From NCBI GenBank assembly GCA_043228905.1, contig JBHGNT010000009.1, forward strand, positions 4,092,001-4,156,000: a stretch of 64,000 bases of DNA. Direction: 5' to 3'. Under the pieces are notes generated by a model. The model did no database searches. It had not been told where the DNA came from and worked only from the letters and a program-made list of their open reading frames with translations. Shown here piece by piece: positions 11,551 to 23,600 of the stretch (the stretch's first letter is position 1; each line of letters opens with the position of its first letter). The translations under genes and the position numbers were made by a program. The stretch comes from Azolla caroliniana. Its lineage: Eukaryota; Plantae; Polypodiophyta.

Positions 11551-14500
11551 ATGGAAGGCGGCAGCAGCGGGCAGCCGGGGATGATGGTGCTGAATGCGCA
11601 GAACTACGCCGACTGGAAGATCAAGATGGAGGATCTTCTGATTGTTCGGGACCTGTACGAACCGATTGACAGGTCGGAAATACCGAAGGGGGTACTTGAG
11701 ACGGAATGGAGGCTTCTGAACCGGAAAGCCGTTGCAACCATTCGGCAATACGTCGACGTGAGCGTTCTACAACATGTGGCGAACGACACCAACGCATACG
11801 ATATGTGGCGGAAGCTGTCGGGCCTCTACGAGAGGAAGAATGCGTTGAACCGGACCTCCCTGATGAGGAAGATAGTGAACCTCAAGTACCGGGACGGCGA
11901 GAGTATGGTGGAACACGTAAGCACGTTCATGGGATTCGTGAACCAGCTTGCGGCGATCAAGTTCCCGCTGGAGGATGCAATGCAAGCCATCATTCTGATG
12001 TGTACATTGCCGGAAAGCTGGGAGAACTTGGTGGTGACTCTCAGCACCTCCTGCACCGAAGATAACTTGTCTCTACAAACGGTAAAGACAAGTATTTTGA
12101 ACGAAGAAGCGCGTCGGAGAGATAAAGAACCGGCCTCCGACTCGAAGGCGCTGCTTACCGAATCGGAACGGGGAAGACAATGGAACCGGAGTCCGCAAAG
12201 ACGGGAGAAGTCGGGGACCCGGTCGCAGTCAAGAGGAAGGCCCACATGCTTCCACTGTGGGAAGCCGGGGCACTTCCGGAAGAATTGTCGACATTACCGA
12301 AAAGACAACGGAGCCGACGACACCGATTCGAAGAAGTCACCGGAGCGAAACGGTGCATACCGGGGAGCCACGGACCGGAGAGGTCCGGATCGGCGAGGGC
12401 AGGACCGGAAAGGAACGACGGCACTCGCGGCAAGTGAAGAAGAGATAATGCTCATTACCGAAGAGAGGGAGCTGAACCTTGCCGGAGAAGAGATGACCTG
12501 GGTGGTCGATTCCGGAGCGTCGTTCCACCTGACCCCGGAGAAGAAATACTTCTCATCCTACACAGCCGGTGAGCACGGCTGTGTCCGGATGGGAAATGAA
12601 GGTACGTGCCGGATTGCCGGCATAGGAGACGTGTGGCTGATGACATCAACCGGATGCAAAATGCTGCTGAAGGATGTTCGACACGTTCCGGAGGTTCGAT
12701 TGAACCTGATCTCGGCCGGGAGGCTAGACGATGAAGGCTACACGGGTAGCATCCGGAACGGTGTCATGAAGTTCAGCAAGGGGAGCCTGATAGTGGCTCG
12801 GGCCCGGAAAGTCAACACACTGTACCTGATGAATTCCCGGCTATGTCCGGAGGAGCTGAACGTGGCAGCCGACACTGCCGGTGAGCTGTGGCACAAGAGA
12901 CTGTGCCACATGAGTGAGAAGGGGATGAAGAGGCTTGCAGATGACAACCTCATTCCAGTGAAGCATGTGCACCTGGAGAAGTGCACCAATTGCCTGGCCG
13001 GTAAGCAGAACCGAACCTCCTTCCACTCAAGGCCACCGACGAGACGTAGCGCACCATTGGAGTTGGTGCACACTGACGTGTGTCAAGTGGAAACGAAGTC
13101 ACATGGCGGAGCCCAGTACTTCGTGACATTCATTGATGACCACAGCCGGAAGCTGTGGACGGCACCGTTGAAGACAAAGGACCAAGTATTGTCCGTCTTC
13201 AAAGAACTCCACGCGAGAGTGGAAAGAGAATCCGGCAAGGAGCTGAAAGCGATACGAGCGGATAACGGAGGGGAATACCGGGGGCAGTTCCAGGAGTACT
13301 GTCGCTCGAAGGGAATCCGGCTCGAGTTTACAGTGCCGAAGACGCCGGAACTGAACGGGCTGGCCGAGAGGATGAACCGGACCATAATGGAGAGGGTCCG
13401 GAGTATGCTGGCGCATGCGAAATTACCCAAGGGGTTTTGGGCTGAGGCAATGTCGACGGCGACATACGTGATTAACAGATCACCCTCAGTACCTTTGGAC
13501 GGAGACACGCCGCAGAGAGTGTGGACCGGTAGGGAAGTGTCCTACCGGCATCTGAAGGTGTTCGGGTGTCTCGCATACGTGCATGTGGCAAAGGACCGGA
13601 GAGGAAAGCTAGATCCAAAGACCCGGCCATGCATATTCCTCGGTTACGGCGATGACGAGTTCGGCTACCGAGTATGGGACCCGGTCGACAAGAAGATATT
13701 CAGGAGTCGAGATATCATCTTCATGGAGGACAAGACACTCGCCGACTGGGAGTCGGAGAAGAAGATAAAGAGCTCCAAGTCGACCGGTGAGAATCAACTC
13801 TACGAGGAGCAGTCCCGACCGGCAAGGGACCGGTTAGCACTCGAGGATCCGGCCGAAGACGGTGAAGAAACAGAACCGGCCAAAGAAGATGAAAATGATA
13901 CCGGAACCGGCCCCGATCCCGAAATGGATTCGGATGAAGAAGAATCGGAAGAACCGGTTACCGAAGCTCCGGAACGGAGATATCCTCTAAGAGAGAGAAG
14001 GGCCCCCCGGAGATTTCCGGAACCAGAGCACGTGCTGCTAACCGACGAGGGGGAGCCGGAGAGCTTTGAAGAAGCAAAGCATGACACCCAGAGCCGCAGG
14101 TGGTTGAGTGCCATGCAGGACGAGATGGATTCCCTGCATGAGAACCACACATATGAACTTGTGGAGTTGCCGAAAGGAAAGCGGGCACTCCGTAACAAGT
14201 GGGTGTTCAAGATGAAACCGGGAGATGCCGAAAACCCCCCGAGATACAAAGCCAGGATCGTGGTGAAGGGGTTCCAGCAGAAGAAGGGCGTCGACTTCGA
14301 CGAGATATTTGCCCCGGTAGTGAAGATGACCTCCATCCGGACGGTGCTGAGCATAGCGGCAAGCATGGACCTCGAGGTAGAACAGATGGACGTGAAGACG
14401 GCATTCCTTCACGGTGACCTCGAAGAAGAGATATACATGCAGCAACCGGAAGGATTCGAGAAGAAAGGGAAGGAGCACCTGGTATGCCGGTTGAAGAAGA

Positions 14501-15624
14501 GCCTTTACGGTCTGAAGCAGGCTCCCCGGCAATGGTACCGAAAGTTTGACTCCTTCATGACCGATGAAGGGTACCACAAAACGCAGTCCGACCACTGCGT
14601 GTTTGTGAAGAAGTTCGACGGAGGAGACTCTCTAATACTCCTCCTGTACGTGGACGACATGTTGATCGTCGGACGGGACCAGGTCAAGATACGGATGCTG
14701 AAGAAGGCTCTTCACCGAACCTTCTCAATGAAAGACCTGGGTCCGGCGAGGCAAATACTAGGGATGCACATCATCCGGGACCGGAAGAAGAAGCAGTTGT
14801 GGTTGTCACAGGAGAAGTACGTGACAAAGGTGCTTCAACGGTTCAACATGTCGGAAGCAAGACCGGTCGGATCAACCCTCCCGACAAACTGCAAGTTATC
14901 CGGCAAGCAAAGTCCCAAGACAAAGGCTGAGAAGGAGGACATGATGAAAGTTCCATATGCCTCTGCCATCGGAAGCTTGATGTACGCAATGGTGTGTACA
15001 AGACCGGACATAGGATATGCAGTCGGAGTGGTGAGCCGGTACATGAGTAACCCCGGCAAGGAGCACTGGAACGCGGTCAAATGGACACTCCGATACCTGA
15101 AGGGCACGGCAAACGTGTGCCTCCGATTCGGCTCCGGTAAGCCCGAACTCGATGGATTTACCGATTCGGATATGTCGGCTGATGCAGATACCAGCCGGTC
15201 CACATCAGGGTATGTGATGACGTATGCAGGGGGAGCTGTTTCGTGGCAGTCGAGGCTGCAGAAGACGGTTGCGTTGTCAACCACGGAGGCGGAGTACATG
15301 GTGGCTGTTGAAGCCGGCAAGGAAATAATATGGATGAAGGACTTCATTAGAGAGCTCGGTATCCGGCAGGAGGAGTACCGACTCTACTGCGACAGTCAGA
15401 GTGCCATCCACCTTGCGAAGAACGCGGCCTATCACTCCCGGACGAAGCACATCCAGCGAAGATATCACTGGATCCGGGAAAGGATAGAAGACCAGGAGTT
15501 CGTGTTGACGAAGATCCACACGGACGAGAACGGGTCAGATATGCTGACCAAAGTGCTCACACCCGACAAGCTAGAAGCATGCTGGAAGAGGATCGGATTG
15601 GAGAGACATCCCATGCCGAAGTGA
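11551..15624 (+). CDS. Copia A Gag-Pol polyprotein (1357 aa from ATG)
   Basis: Uninterrupted ORF: CFHCGKPGHFRKNC, WVVDSGAS, integrase HHCC/DDE, RT LLLYVDDM, RNase H STTEAEY and CDSQSAI. Confidence 0.96.
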   Translation: MEGGSSGQPGMMVLNAQNYADWKIKMEDLLIVRDLYEPIDRSEIPKGVLETEWRLLNRKAVATIRQYVDVSVLQHVANDTNAYDMWRKLSGLYERKNALNRTSLMRKIVNLKYRDGESMVEHVSTFMGFVNQLAAIKFPLEDAMQAIILMCTLPESWENLVVTLSTSCTEDNLSLQTVKTSILNEEARRRDKEPASDSKALLTESERGRQWNRSPQRREKSGTRSQSRGRPTCFHCGKPGHFRKNCRHYRKDNGADDTDSKKSPERNGAYRGATDRRGPDRRGQDRKGTTALAASEEEIMLITEERELNLAGEEMTWVVDSGASFHLTPEKKYFSSYTAGEHGCVRMGNEGTCRIAGIGDVWLMTSTGCKMLLKDVRHVPEVRLNLISAGRLDDEGYTGSIRNGVMKFSKGSLIVARARKVNTLYLMNSRLCPEELNVAADTAGELWHKRLCHMSEKGMKRLADDNLIPVKHVHLEKCTNCLAGKQNRTSFHSRPPTRRSAPLELVHTDVCQVETKSHGGAQYFVTFIDDHSRKLWTAPLKTKDQVLSVFKELHARVERESGKELKAIRADNGGEYRGQFQEYCRSKGIRLEFTVPKTPELNGLAERMNRTIMERVRSMLAHAKLPKGFWAEAMSTATYVINRSPSVPLDGDTPQRVWTGREVSYRHLKVFGCLAYVHVAKDRRGKLDPKTRPCIFLGYGDDEFGYRVWDPVDKKIFRSRDIIFMEDKTLADWESEKKIKSSKSTGENQLYEEQSRPARDRLALEDPAEDGEETEPAKEDENDTGTGPDPEMDSDEEESEEPVTEAPERRYPLRERRAPRRFPEPEHVLLTDEGEPESFEEAKHDTQSRRWLSAMQDEMDSLHENHTYELVELPKGKRALRNKWVFKMKPGDAENPPRYKARIVVKGFQQKKGVDFDEIFAPVVKMTSIRTVLSIAASMDLEVEQMDVKTAFLHGDLEEEIYMQQPEGFEKKGKEHLVCRLKKSLYGLKQAPRQWYRKFDSFMTDEGYHKTQSDHCVFVKKFDGGDSLILLLYVDDMLIVGRDQVKIRMLKKALHRTFSMKDLGPARQILGMHIIRDRKKKQLWLSQEKYVTKVLQRFNMSEARPVGSTLPTNCKLSGKQSPKTKAEKEDMMKVPYASAIGSLMYAMVCTRPDIGYAVGVVSRYMSNPGKEHWNAVKWTLRYLKGTANVCLRFGSGKPELDGFTDSDMSADADTSRSTSGYVMTYAGGAVSWQSRLQKTVALSTTEAEYMVAVEAGKEIIWMKDFIRELGIRQEEYRLYCDSQSAIHLAKNAAYHSRTKHIQRRYHWIRERIEDQEFVLTKIHTDENGSDMLTKVLTPDKLEACWKRIGLERHPMPK

Positions 15625-17206
15625 AGGGGGAGTTTGTTGGGATTTCGGTCCCTCCGGATGGGATGTCCGGAGATGAATGACAGCAAGCCCGGTTCCGATT
15701 ACGGAACCGGATGATGAATAGTACCCGGCATGAAGCCGGATGAAGAGACCCCGGTTACGGAGCCGGATGACGAAGACCCGGTTACGGAGCCGGATGACGA
15801 AGACCCGGCTACGGAGCCGGATGATGAAGACCCCGGCTACGGAGCCGGATGATGAGTGTACCCGGGGAGAGATCCGGATGCGGGGACATATTTGTGAATA
15901 TGTTTGCCAAGAGCCCTTGAGGCTATATTTGTAAATAGCCCGAAAGTCATATGTGTATAAATATGACTTAGGGCAAACAGTTTCTTGTTGTTGCTCATTT
16001 TATGTTCTAGCCGAGAGAGCGGAGTGAGAGCAGCCGAGAGAGAGAGACGAAGAGGTCGTTGCCTCTGTGTATTACCGCCGCCTGTGGCGAAGACAGTGAG
16101 CTCAAGGTTGTTGCCTTGTAGCTTCACCATTGTACATCTCTGTGTATAGTGTGAGTTGGAGTTTGAGGACTCACGTGGTTTTTCCCATTTAGGGTTTTCC
16201 ACGTAAAACATACTGTGTACTCTTCTCTCTATTGTTTTGGAGCATTTCGTATTTCCTGTTTTCTGTGACTTGATCCTATTTCTCGGTTGTGGCCGAGCGC
16301 GGTGTTCAACAGAATTTACCGTAGTATTGTATACAAATGGATAAGTGTGAGGGTTAAATGAGAGTGTAAAGAAGGGGAGGATTACTATTAATCCTCGGGA
16401 TTGAGACAACCCATTAGGCCAAGTGTGAACTTGTCTGGGGGCCTTGGGTATTGCTATAAATATGAGGCCTAGCTACCCTCACTTCATGATCTTTTGACTA
16501 CATCGAGACTCGGTTCTTGTGGTGGGTCAACTCTTGTAGCGAGCGCGCCAGCACCAAGTACAACTCAACGCCATTCTTACTTGTTTTGCTGACAATAGGT
16601 CAACTAACAAATTGAGCCACAATGTAACCTTGATAAGGAAACAAAACTTTGATCAAGAGAAAGACGTCGCCTAGGGGAAAGGCGCGAGCTTGGTGTAACA
16701 CAACTAGAAGCGACAAAGTCTTTGTGACCCCATATCTCCCTTAATGCACAACAATTATAAACTAGGAATAAAATATCATATGACAAACTCGTGAATAGTT
16801 GAGAAACCGATTATCCTAGGCATTGGGACAAGCCCACAAGGACCTAATGACACATAGAAACATGTGGTGATTGGGACCCTTAGGTTTTGGGGTATATAAA
16901 GGGGACTAGTGGTTGGTGTCGTTAAGCACCCTTAATCCACTATTCGCCTTAATCCCTCTTTTTTCTCGTCATTAGTATAGTCCATGAAAACAAAGTGTGC
17001 CCGTGTTGTGTACTCTCAAACAATCAAGAAAAACACCTCCATATATAGGTCGACAAAAATATGTTAAAGGAATGCTTGAAAACTTACAACCTTGAGATTT
17101 CTTAACATACACGTGGCATTATTTTTTTGTTTCATCTCGTATTGCCATTATTATGGCAATGTCATATTAGCATCGATCAAATATGGCAATTATGTCTAGA
17201 AAGTAA

Positions 17207-20200
17207 GATAAGGAGTATATGGGAAAATAATCTAGCTGGTTGTGGTGCTTTGGATAATCTTCAAGGAAAGATTATTGAAACTTCAAAGTATTTGCATGAA
17301 GAGACTAAAAATAGATTGGAGAGATCTAAGGAAAGAGAGGTGAGACTAAGAAGATCGATAGCGGGTGCCCAAAGAATGCTCCAGAAAAATCCCAAGTGTC
17401 TTTGGTCAAGATCAGGTTTGGAGGCTGCCAAAGAAACACTACAGCGGTTGATTGCGTCAAGAAATAAGATGGTATTCAGGAGTTCAGCAGCTTGGTGGAG
17501 CAGGAATGGGGACAAGGTGAACCAACAATTTTTTAAGTTTAAAAAACCGAGCACAATTGGTAACTTCATTCCTAAACTGATCAAGGAGGATGGTTCACTG
17601 TCAGAAGATGTATCGGAGATCATGGAGGCAGTCACATCTCACTATAATGGGCTACTATCAAATAATTATAGTCTCCCAGACCAGCCCTCACTGGCAGAAT
17701 TTGTATTGGAGGGAATGCAACCAAGAATTTCAGAGGTTGCACAAGTTAAGTTGTCAGGGCCACTCTTGGAAGAGGAGGTGTCAGATGCTCTGGCAAGTAT
17801 ATGTAGAACGTCTTGTCCAGGAGATGATGGATTATCAAAAGATTTTTATGAAAAATTTTGGGAAATAATTAAGGTTGACCTGGTTGCTGGACTAAATGAG
17901 GCATGGGATGATGGGTACCTCCCTAAACATTTTAAAGAGGGACTAATATTTCTAATTCCTAAGGTAAAGGGTATAGTATCAGATGTGAGGCAATGGAGAC
18001 CGATTACGTTGCTCAACACAATCTATAAGATTTTTGCTAATATGCTAGCCAAGAGGGTCAAACCCCACTTACATGCGCTAATTAATGTTGGACAAACAGG
18101 ATTCATGGAAAATAGATGTATAATTGATAATGTGTTGACCTTTTGGGAAGCGATTGCTCTGGCGAAGAAAACCAATCAACATATTGCATGCCTCATGCTT
18201 GACTTTGAGAAGGCATATGATAGAGTACAATGGCCTTTTTTAGACAAAGTCATGGAGCGGTTGGGACTACCCTCAAAATGGAGAGCAGCTACGTTGGCGC
18301 TTTACAAAGGAAGCTTGAGTAGGGTGTTGGTACTAGGGCAACGGGGCCCATCAATTCCACTATGCAAGTCTGTCAGACAGGGGTGCCCATTGGCCCCCTA
18401 CCTTTATTTATTTATCTCAGAGGCATTCTCTTTCTTTTTAAATAGACCGGATGTAGGAATTCGGGGTTTGGTTGTCCCACATGCTTGTAAGGACTTGTTG
18501 GACTCCATGTATGCAGATGACACCATGCTCTATCTGCAAGGCAATGATGCTAATTTACAGCAGGCTGAAAATCGAATTGAGTTGTTCTGTAAAGCATCAG
18601 GTGGGAAAATTAATTGGAACAAAAGTAGAGGGTTTTGGGTAAGTCCAAACTCTTGGCCGAATTGGCAACCTAATGCTGATTTTCAATGGGTTCCTAATGG
18701 AAGGGCTGTTAAGTATTTGGGCTTTTTGGTGGGAATAGAGATTCAAAAAAATCAGCAACTTGAGCAAGTGAAAGACAAAATCAGAAAAAAGCTTCGGTTA
18801 TGGGCATCAGTAAAGCTTTCCCTTGCAGGTAGAGTGGTTGTGGTAAACCATATTTTGTTGGCCACCATGTGGCACTCGTTGGCATGCTGGATGTTAGATA
18901 AAGAGTGCATAAAAAATATTAAGGCAATGGTGAGAGGGTTCCTTTGGTCGGGTAGAGACCATGAGACTGCTTCAGCTAAAGTGGCCTGGAGTTGTTTGAT
19001 CAAGGCAAAAAGTCAAGGTGGACTTGGGATGGTGGATCCAGTTCACCAAAGTAAGGCTTTACTTGGTAAGCTCTTGGTGCGAAGTCTCCAACCTGGACCA
19101 GAATTGTGGAAATTGCTTCTTAGAGACAGAGCTGAACTCTGGAGTCCGAGGAATGGCGGCCCTTGGAAGGCAAAGATGTGGTGGTTGTTCAGTCGAGGCC
19201 TAACGTTAAAAGAACCTACTAGCATGGAGGATAGGGTGGCCCGCACCATAATGAGGGCCTGGTCAAGTTTAAGAGAGAGGTCGGTCTTAATGCAGCCAAA
19301 AACAATGGAGGAACAACTCCGTCAACCTCTGTTTTGGAACCCCAGGATTCGAAGTGATGATGGTATGATGCTTGGTTAGAAAAAATACTTGCCATGGGGA
19401 AAAATGGTAGGGTACAATGTTAGTTCAGTAAGAGACTGGGAGGAGTTCAAAAGGAGAAGAAGGGAGGGTCTGGTTGGAAGTCCTAGATTTACCGGCAGGC
19501 TGGAAAAGGTTACCCACTTGATAGATAAGGTTGTTGATGGTCTAGCTAGGCTGAATGAAGAAGAGGGGGTCTGGTTTGGGTGGTTTATAGGTGAGGGCGA
19601 TGCACAAATTATCCGAGGCATGTGCCCATATAATGAGTATCGTTTGTGGGGCAACCTAAGTGCTTTGGCAGACAATGGCCAGTGGTTGGCAGTGCGAGTG
19701 GCAATGTTGGAAGGTAAGAAGTGGCAAGTAAACCCGGACCCAGGGAAGCTGGAATTTGATCGTAAACTCTGGATAGTTGACAACAAGCCCATATGTGATC
19801 TGGATTGGGATCCACTAGAGGTGTGGTGGCAGAAACCGGGAACGGACAAACTTGAACGGTTTTTCGAGTACACTACCAAGCTAGGAAGGCAAATCATTGG
19901 CTCTAAATTGATGGGTGCTGGCCTAACTAGCAATAGTTGGAAGGATAAAGGCATTTCTGATGACTGGTTGAAGTCGTTTTGGAGGAGGCTATGGGCGCTC
20001 GATATGCCAGAAAAAATAAAGCTTTGGTTGTGGCTTCTTAGTCACAAAGCGGTGCCGGTGGGGGAGTGGCTTAGGTGTCGTGGTGGTGAGGCTGGATGCA
20101 AAAGTTGTGGACGCCCTTTGGAATCAATTCCTCATTGTTTTTGGAATTGCAGCGAGGCTATTAACATTTGGGTAGAAGTCTCAGGATAGTGGCAGCATGC

Positions 20201-20668
20201 GGAGTGAATGGGAGAGTTGTATGGGGGTCCATACAAGGGCTGAAGTTAACAGGGGAAGGTTGGGCTGAACAGTTAAACCCCCACGGACATGGTTTTATAG
20301 TGCAGGATGGCAAGGTGTTTCAACGGGCTGGAGTTCGACATGGCACTAACTCAGAATTTTTTGAAGAGATATGGATGATGGTGTCTTGTTTATCGGTCTG
20401 GCACATTTGGACCAACCGTTGTAAATTTGTTTTTCAACAACAAAAGATCCCTAACGGTGAGGTATTATTAAATATCTGGTTTGAGTTGGTATCTTGGCTG
20501 TGGGGACGATACGACTCAATTAAGGGGGAATCTGATGCAGCTGAAAGATCTCGATCAAAGTTCTTGCTGAAATGGGGTAATTCTCCTATGGTGGGCAGAT
20601 CATCATCAGGGCCTCAATGGAACTACCAAGCACCCCGATGGCTGTTTCCGGTTTCCAACAGCGTCTAG
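17207..20668 (+). pseudogene. LINE ORF2 RT and C-terminal region (in-frame stop at 19377-19379, frameshift near 20170)
   Basis: ORFs 17127-19379, 19389-20189 and 20168-20668 join into one L1 ORF2-like protein. Confidence 0.88.
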
Positions 20669-23600
20669 GTGTTGTAAATCTGTATAGATATGGTACAAAT
20701 TATTAGGTTATTGGAGTTGTTTGGATACGTTTGTTGAAAATGAGGTGGGGACTATGTCCACTTTGGTGGGAAGGCCAGAGTGAGGGCTGGTGAGAGGAAC
20801 TTTGGGTGTTCTATGATGTAATTTTGTTTGCTAACTAATGCGTAGTAGTGTTTTTTTGGGGAAAAAAAAAAAACAACAAGAGAAGAATGGTGGTTAAGCT
20901 TAAAGAATAGACATATACTTTGTTCGCACTCATTTTTTATGATTATGAATGGTAGTGCTCTACAATATATCATTGACCCATCTATATTTTTATTTGTTAA
21001 TAAATATTAATCCTTCATGCTCGTCATTTATTTATTTACTCCCTTATTAATTGGGATGCTAGCAAAAATCATAAATATTATTTAATTTTTAAATTGTTAA
21101 TCAATGCATCTATCTATGATCACCATAGATAACTCGTTATTCAGGTGAATGGTAAGGTATTAGTTTCAAATTTCTCACATGTACTCATATTGGTGCATGA
21201 GGATCATGTTCATAACTTGATATATTATGATGAATTTCTAACAACTTAACCTAACATAACTTTAACACCCAATTCTCAAGGGATGATTGTTTATACATAT
21301 ATATTCAACATATAGAAAGATAACTCACATGAAATTTGCGCTTTTTATGTGAATAGTTTAAGTTGCACATATGACATACACAATGTCTTTTATTTAACGT
21401 TTTAATTACACTTCATAGTTTTCATTTGATTGAATGAAGCCTTAGCATTTAGTTGGTATATGGTTAACACTCGAATATCAACTTGATTATTTTCTAATTT
21501 AATAATGAGGGATGTAAAACTTAAGGGTTAGAATGCATTAGAATTAGTGATGAAAAGTAACCACATTATTCTCTTTTGTACTCTACAACATTTTCCTCGC
21601 TACGTTCAAACATTGTTAAGTTCAGCAATTCTAATAGAGGGACATTCATTCTAAGGGTAATGGCATGTTACAACTGGCCATGTAGACTAATATTTTTCTT
21701 TAAAGCAATAGGGTGTTTTTCCACGTATGGAATTTCAACTTTCAAGGTTCACAATATTTGTTGAACGCCAAAAGTGGTAAGATTGCTTTTCCCTATTCAC
21801 TAAGTGTTCTTGGTTGAATAATTCCCTATCCTAAATTGATGAGTTCAAACTGCAGGAGTAGTGACATGTTAAAATTAAGTCTCGCATTTAAAACTTTTGG
21901 TAGCTCTTGCTTGAAGGCACATTTCCTTACTTGGAAGCTTAACTTTCAAGTTTCAAATTCTTGGTCAAACTCAAGCATTGAGATTATCTTTCACTTCTCT
22001 CAATCAAATTGCGTGTTATTCATCAATAAATTGTTTGCAAATTTGTATAATCATTTAAGCTTTTCTTTATGGACCTTTGTGAATGTATAATAATGGCTTG
22101 ATTCATATCATTGAAATCTAACATAGCACTACAATTAAGAATTGTATCTCATATTTGATGAATGTTCATTTTGTAATCTAATAAAACATATTGCATTGCA
22201 TATTACTTTGTATGCCGATGAGAGAACATTGTGTGCATGTTACGTGATACGAAATATGCTAATGTTTTTTATGTGTCAATATATGAAAAAAAAAATAGAA
22301 TGCTCTGCAATGAACATCCCGTGAATCGTGTTTTAGGTACAATAATTTTAAACCATCAATGTGGGAGAAATATTTTTCAATCTCTTGCACGAAATTGTAA
22401 TGGTAATATTTGGCATAGCAAACTAATTTCTAATGTTCACCAAATAAGGATTTGTCATGTGTCTTAAAAGAGAAATTATGCTTCAAAAGGAAAATAAATC
22501 TTCACATATGTTCATGTGAGTTTGATTCAACCTTTTCCACTTCCTTGTTGAAATTGAAATTTAACTAGAGTTGATAGGATTTGAGGGATTTTTTAGGATG
22601 TAGTTGTAAAGACCCTTAAGAGCTTGATGTGATAGATGACTTACAAGTACTTCATGATGGATGTTTCCTATTTTACTTCGAAACATGATTTTATTTATGT
22701 GTTGTGGTACCTCAACCATATCAGCTTTGGGAACAACTTTGGACAATAACATGTTATTAAAATCGAACATGGTTATATGGTCCTATTGCATCTCCGTGGT
22801 ATATTGACACATATGCACCATTTATCATTTAGATTGTGTATAATTGTTTACGTTATAAGATGTCTTTATGCCCCATTTCCAACCGTAGGAATGTCGAATT
22901 GTATTGTGATATGTTGTTCGAATATTCAAATACAACATTATGATTAATGAATAAATAGTTTCCACGTGTTTCAAACGGTAGGCTTTGCATGTCTTCTTCT
23001 TGCTCTTTTTCTTTTTCATTACATTTTTATAAAGTTCACATAACTCTTGTACCACCTTCCTCCTTTCTCTCCATGAAATATTGCGACAATGACAAGGATG
23101 TTGTGTCAATTCGACAATTATAATAATGGTGGATCCTAATCCAAACCTTCCTACTATACCATTATAAGCAATAATGTTATCTTGAATGTTTCGTTACTCT
23201 TACTTAACATTGTTTGAACTACATACAATTAGAAATAAGAAAAACCATTGTTTGAACTACAAACACCTTTTGTGATGAGCAGATATTAGTGTGTGAAGTA
23301 TTTGTTGGTGACAAAACTTTAAAAGACTAAAGACGTGGAACAAAACTTATCAACAATTAAAATATTGGAATTGAAGAATTGGAGTTATATTTCTACGGAT
23401 GTAAATTCTTTCTTGCCAACTTGTATATTGTAGGTAACGATATTATAGTCTCCAAAACCAATGTATTTATTGATTGTTCCAAAACTATCTACCTATCTAT
23501 TTATCTATACATGTATATATATTATAGATGTGTATATGTATATATATTCAATTGCACTCTTCCATGATGCAATGAAGATGCTTCCCTATTTTGAGCAAAA

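Larger units (their letters stand above)
10843..16311 (+). mobile_element. Intact, very young Ty1/copia retrotransposon A (Tnt1/Tork-like), LTRs 10843-11519 and 15635-16311
   Basis: 677-bp TG..CA LTRs with one visible mismatch. TSD GAATT at 10838-10842 and 16312-16316. PBS TGGTATCAGAGC (tRNA-iMet) at 11523-11534; PPT GAAGGGGGAG. Confidence 0.97.
10803..16700 (+). repeat. LTR-like remnant (10803-10842 plus 16317-16700), target of copia A
   Basis: Starts TGTTAC where LINE endonuclease similarity stops and ends GTAACA; TATAAATA near 16456. No matching TSD found. Confidence 0.45.
9485..20873 (+). mobile_element. Degenerate L1-clade LINE (ORF1 tail 9485-10090; ORF2 endonuclease 10092-10802; RT to zf-RVT about 17207-20668; poly-A 20862-20873), split by insertions
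   Basis: APE motifs SWNVQGL, IYAPN, GGDFN, SRLDRFY; RT motifs WRPITLLN, LDFEKAYD, RQGCPL, YADD, KYLG; CKSC..HCFWNC; A12 tail. Stops and frameshifts present. Confidence 0.88.

Noticed and set aside
15837-16409. 190-aa minus-strand ORF (shorter copy at 11045-11419)
   Set aside because: Spans LTR sequence and flank; spurious.
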